Of a DNA stretch of 64,000 nucleotides, positions 59,900 through 64,000 are shown one piece after another. A program made the position numbers and the translations under genes. Below the pieces are notes generated by a model. That model did not search any database and was not told the origin of the DNA. It saw only the letters and a list, made by a program, of their open reading frames with translations. The stretch's first letter is position 1. Every line of letters begins with the position of its first letter. The DNA comes from Scenedesmus sp. PABB004 (Eukaryota), in NCBI GenBank assembly GCA_014905635.1, contig JABVCE010000036.1:1-64000 (forward strand), in the 5' to 3' direction.

Positions 59900-62800
59900 G
59901 GCGCGCGCGGCCGCGGGCGGCGGCGCCGCCGCCGCCGGCCGGGGGCGCGGCCGCGGCGGCGCCCCCGGCAGCGGCGGGCAGCAGCGGCGGCCGCGCCGTG
60001 CGGCGAGCCCGGCGCCGCCGGAGGGCGGCGACGACGACGACGACGGGACCGAGCCCGGCGGGGCTGCCGCCGCGCGGCTGGCGGCGCAGCAGGGGCTGCT
60101 GCTGTTCACCGCGGCAGACCTGAGCCCCCCGCCGGGCGGCGGCGGCGCGCGGCGGCGACGGCGCGGCGGCGGCGATGACGGCGCGCTCGCGTCGCTGCTG
60201 GGGGCCATGCGTGCCGGCGACGGCGACGGAGGCGACGGCGTGGGCGGCGCCGACTGGGGCAGCCTGGACGACGAGCTGCCAGACGTGGCGGGCGAGGTGG
60301 GCGAGGCGGACGAGGGCGGCGGGTCGCTGGCGCCCATGCCCGCAGGCGACGACGACGCGGGCGCGGAGGAGGAGGAGGACGAGGCGGCCGCCGAGGCAGA
60401 GGCCGCGGCAGCGCTGGTCGCGGCCGCCGCGCCTGCCGGGCGCAGCGGGCGCGGCGCCGGCGGCGGCGCGCTGCCGGTCGACGCTGGCGTCATTGACGCA
60501 GACGCCACCTGGCAGGAGCGCGGCGCGGCGATGGCCGCGCACCTCGCCGCCGTGGCGGCGCGCGAGCGCCAGGCGCGGCAGGCGGCGCCGCCACCGCCGG
60601 CGGCGACGGCGACGGCGAGGGCGAGGGCGAGCCGAGCGAGGGCGAGGTGCTGGCGGGCAGTGCCGACTTGGGTGTGCTGCTCAACGCGGCGCTGCAGGAC
60701 GCGGGCTTTGACCGCGCCGGCGATGTGATGGACCTGCTGCGCGCGACCGCGGGCATCCCCGGCGCGTACGGCCCGCTGCACGACGGCGACGGGGGCGCCG
60801 ACGGCGGCGGGGGCGCCGGCGGCGCACGCGACGCGGCGGAGGCCGCGGAGGCCGCGGAGGCCGCGGAGGCCGGCCTGCTGGGCGCGCTGGCGGCGGGGCG
60901 CGCCGCGCCGCGCGTGGGCGGCAGCCCCGCCGTGCTCCCGCTCGTCGCGGCGGGGCCGGCGGCCATCTTCAACGTCGCGGGCGTCGGCGAGGGCCTGGAC
61001 AGCAGCGCGCTGGCGGCGCTCCAGGACGCCGCGGCCGCGCCGGCGACGCAGCGGCAGCAGCGGCAGCGGCCCGGGCGCGGCGACGGCCAGGGCTTTGGGG
61101 GCCGTGGCGCGCGCCAGCAGGCGCGCGGCGCGCCGCGGCGCGGGCCGCCGCCCGGCACGACGCTCACGGAGCTGCTGGAGAGCCGTGGCGCGAGCGACTG
61201 GGTGACGTCGGCGCTGGAGGGCGACGGCGGCACCGACCTGGGCGACGACGAGGCCCGGCCGCGGCGCAGCCACAGCCAAAAGGTGCGCGCAGCGGCGCCA
61301 TCCGCGCCCGCGTACGGGCCGCCGGCAGCCGCGCCCCTGCCTGCGCGGCCGGGCGGCATGCTGCGCGTGACGAGCGCGGCGCTCGCTGCAGGTGGCGCCG
61401 CTGATGATGCCGCGGGGCGAGGGCGACGAGGCAGCGCTGACCGTGCCGGACGCGTACGAGGAGAGGTGCGGGCGGCCCTCGGCGGCCGCGCGCAGGCTGG
61501 GGTGGCGCCTGCCCGCCGCTGCCGCCACCAGCAGCCACCCACCTGCCCGTGTTGCAGGGACGGCATGCGCGAGGACGAGAATGACGAGGCCCTGCTGGAG
61601 CGCAGCATTGCGGCACTGCTGCAGCAGGCGCAGCAGGCGCAGCAGGCGCAGCAGGCGCAGCAGGCGCAGCAGCAGGTGCAGGCGGCCCGAGGGGGCGGTG
61701 ACCCCGCGCCGGGCGCCGCCGCGGTCGAGCGGCAGCTCATTGCGGCGCCCACGCTGCGGCGCCTGGGCGCGCTGCTCGCCGCGCTGCTCCCGCCGCGCAC
61801 CCGGGGGCCGCCCGCGCTGCCGCCGACGGTGCCGCTCCCGCCCGATGCGCCGCCGCCTGGCGTGGGGCGCTGGGCCAAGCGGCCGTCGCGGCGCGAGCGC
61901 GCGGCGGCGCTGGCGGCGGAGCGGCAGCAGCTGCTGGCGGATTACGAGGCAGCGCGCGAGGCGACGCGGCGCGAGGCGGGCGCGCCGCCGCCGCCGCGCC
62001 CCGCGCCGCCGCCGCGCCCGCCGCTCCCGGCGTCCGCGCTGGCGCTGGCCGCGCTGCGCTGGGCGCAGCTGGCGCAGCAGCTGCTGCCGCGCGAGCGCCT
62101 GGCCTGGCTGCTGCACCCAGCCCACATGGCGCTCGTCGAGGCGGCCTGGCGGGCCGCGGCGGCCGCGGCGGGCGCGCCGGGGCCGGCGACGACGGCGCCG
62201 GCAGCGCGGGCGGCGCCCTCACGCACGCTGGCGCACGCGGCGGCAGCGGTGGCAGCGGCGCGGCGGCCTTTTTCAGCGACGCCCAGGCTGCGGCGCTGCT
62301 GCACGCGCTCGTGTCGTCGGACGCGGCGCTGCCGCTGCCGCTGCTGCAGCTGCTGCTGGAGCAGCTCGTCGGCGGCGGCGGCGCGGCGCGGCTGGCGCCC
62401 TGCCACGCGGCGGGCGTCATGTGGGCGCTGGGGCGGCTGCACGAGCATCAGGACCTGGACGACGCGCCGGAGCTGGCGGCGCTGGTGAGGGCTCGCGCTG
62501 CGCGGCCTGCGCTGGCAGCCCGGCCGCGCTGTTCGCGGTCACCGCCGGCTCGCGTTCTCCCACACTCCGCCGTGCCGCCCGCGCGCGCCGCAGGCCCGCG
62601 CCTTTGCGTCGCAGCTGCTGGACGCGTGTGCCGTCCCGCTCGCGCCCGGTGCGGCGCCCCTGCCGGGCTGGAGCGCCGGCGACATGGCGGCTGCGGCGAC
62701 GGGGCTCAGCCGGCTCTCGGACGCGCCGCCGGGGCTGTTCCTGCGCCACTGCGCGGCGCGGCTGGTCGACGCAGAGCTGCTGGCCGGCGCGCCCACGGCG

Positions 62801-64000
62801 GCGCTGCTGCTGCTGGCCGAGGGGGCGGGGCGCTGGGCCGAGGCGGCGCGGGGCGGCGACGCTGCGGTGTCCGCGGCGGCGGTCGCGGCGGCGGCCGCGG
62901 CCGCGCCTGGCGGCACGGCCACGGCCACGGCCGCCGCGCTGGCCGGCGCCGCGCCGCCCGAGCTGCTTGACGCCGTCGCCCAGGAGCTGGAGATACGGCT
63001 GACCCTGCAGCTGGCAGAGTGTGAGTCGCGCGGCGCGGCGCGGCGCGGCGCGGCGCCCCGGCCCGCGCGCTGCCAGCGCAGCCTCTTTAAACCCACCGCC
63101 GCGCGCGACGCTGCACCGGCGCGCGCAGGTGAAGCGCTGCTGCAGGGGCTGCTGGAGCAGCGCGCAGGCGGCGGCAGCAGTGCCGGCGACCGCCCGGCGC
63201 TGACCCCCAGCCAAGCGGCCGAGCTGCGGTCGCAGCTGGCCGCCGCCCAGGCCGACGCCACCTCGCAGCTGGCGCAGGCGGCGGCGGCGCTGCAGGCCGC
63301 GGTGCCCCCGGCGAGGCGCTCGCAGAGGGCGACGCCGACGCGGCCTGGGAGGAGGTGACGCGCCTGCGCGACGCCCGGCAGGAGGCGGAACAGCGGCTCG
63401 CGCTGCTGGAGCAGCTCACTGCCGTGGCGGCAGCGCTGCGCGGCGGCGACGCGAGCGAGCAAAGCGGCAGCGGCGTCAGCAGTGGGGCCAGCAACGGGGC
63501 GACGGCGGCAGCGGCGGCGGCGGCGGCGGTTGCGGCGGCGGCGGCGGTGGCGGCGGCGGCGCCAGCAGTGGGGCCGGCAACCGAGGCGACGGCAGCTCCA
63601 GCAGCGTTGGCGCCGGCCGTGGGCGAGTGTTCCGGGGGGTCCCTGAGACGTTCAGCTGCCAGCCGCTGGAGCTGTGCGTGTCGGCCAGCGACGCCGCGTC
63701 GGTGCTGTGGGCGCTGGGCGCGGCAGGCGTGCAGGTGCGCGGCGGCGGCGCGCCCGCGCCAGCGGCGTGCCCGCGCGGGGCGGGGCGCGTGCAGCGCTCG
63801 CGGCCCGCCGCGCCCACCGCCGCCGCCCCCACCGCCGCCGCCCCCACCGCCGCTCCCACGTCCCTGCCAGGTTGAGAGCTTCCTGTCGTCCTGCCTCCGC
63901 CTCTATGGCGACGCCTGGCCCTCCCTGCTCAGCCCCCGCCTCGCGGTGCGCCTGCTCCTCGCCCTCGCCGCGCTGCAGGAGCAGCCGCCGGAGGTGGTCA
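59900..64000 (+). CDS. Large hypothetical protein with acidic N-terminal region and helical repeats; runs off the window
   Basis: Coding-like segments (DWGSLDDELPDV, LGVLLNAALQDAGFDR, EALLERSIAALL, LLQLLLEQL, ELEIRLTLQL, FSCQPLELCVS) with GT-AG introns. Start uncertain. Confidence 0.5.

Overview
Left end of a linear nuclear chromosome from a very GC-rich (roughly 75-80% by eye), intron-rich green alga, probably Chlorophyceae/Sphaeropleales (inferred from TTTAGGG telomeres, TGTAA poly(A) signals, short GC-rich introns and plastid-type transit peptides). After about 230 bp of telomere and about 400 bp of subtelomere come about 24 tightly packed, mostly spliced genes, many in head-to-head pairs. 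In order: opine dehydrogenase, EamA/DMT transporter, organellar alanyl-tRNA synthetase, DUF1995 protein, NIFK/Nop15, an intronless DUF4436/pLGIC-like membrane protein, ribophorin II, a CEP162-like protein, PP2C, a SET/MYND protein, MRPL47, a membrane-anchored CYP102/CYP505-type P450-reductase fusion, PHT4-like MFS carrier, USP, MSP1/ATAD1, a degenerate SAM methyltransferase, CAP59/GT69 mannosyltransferase, 2OG-Fe(II) oxygenase, tRNA-Arg(TCG) and DEG9, with several hypotheticals interspersed. Most notable observations: the self-sufficient P450 fusion with an N-terminal anchor, an extra domain and Trp at the BM3-F393 position; a miRNA-like hairpin locus near 51.1 kb; an excess of AG|GCGCGC GC-AG introns; two local duplications of gene 5' ends; and a DEG9 intron that starts with a copy of the next exon. 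Gene spans run start to stop and include introns. All exon models and family assignments were made by eye, with no database search.
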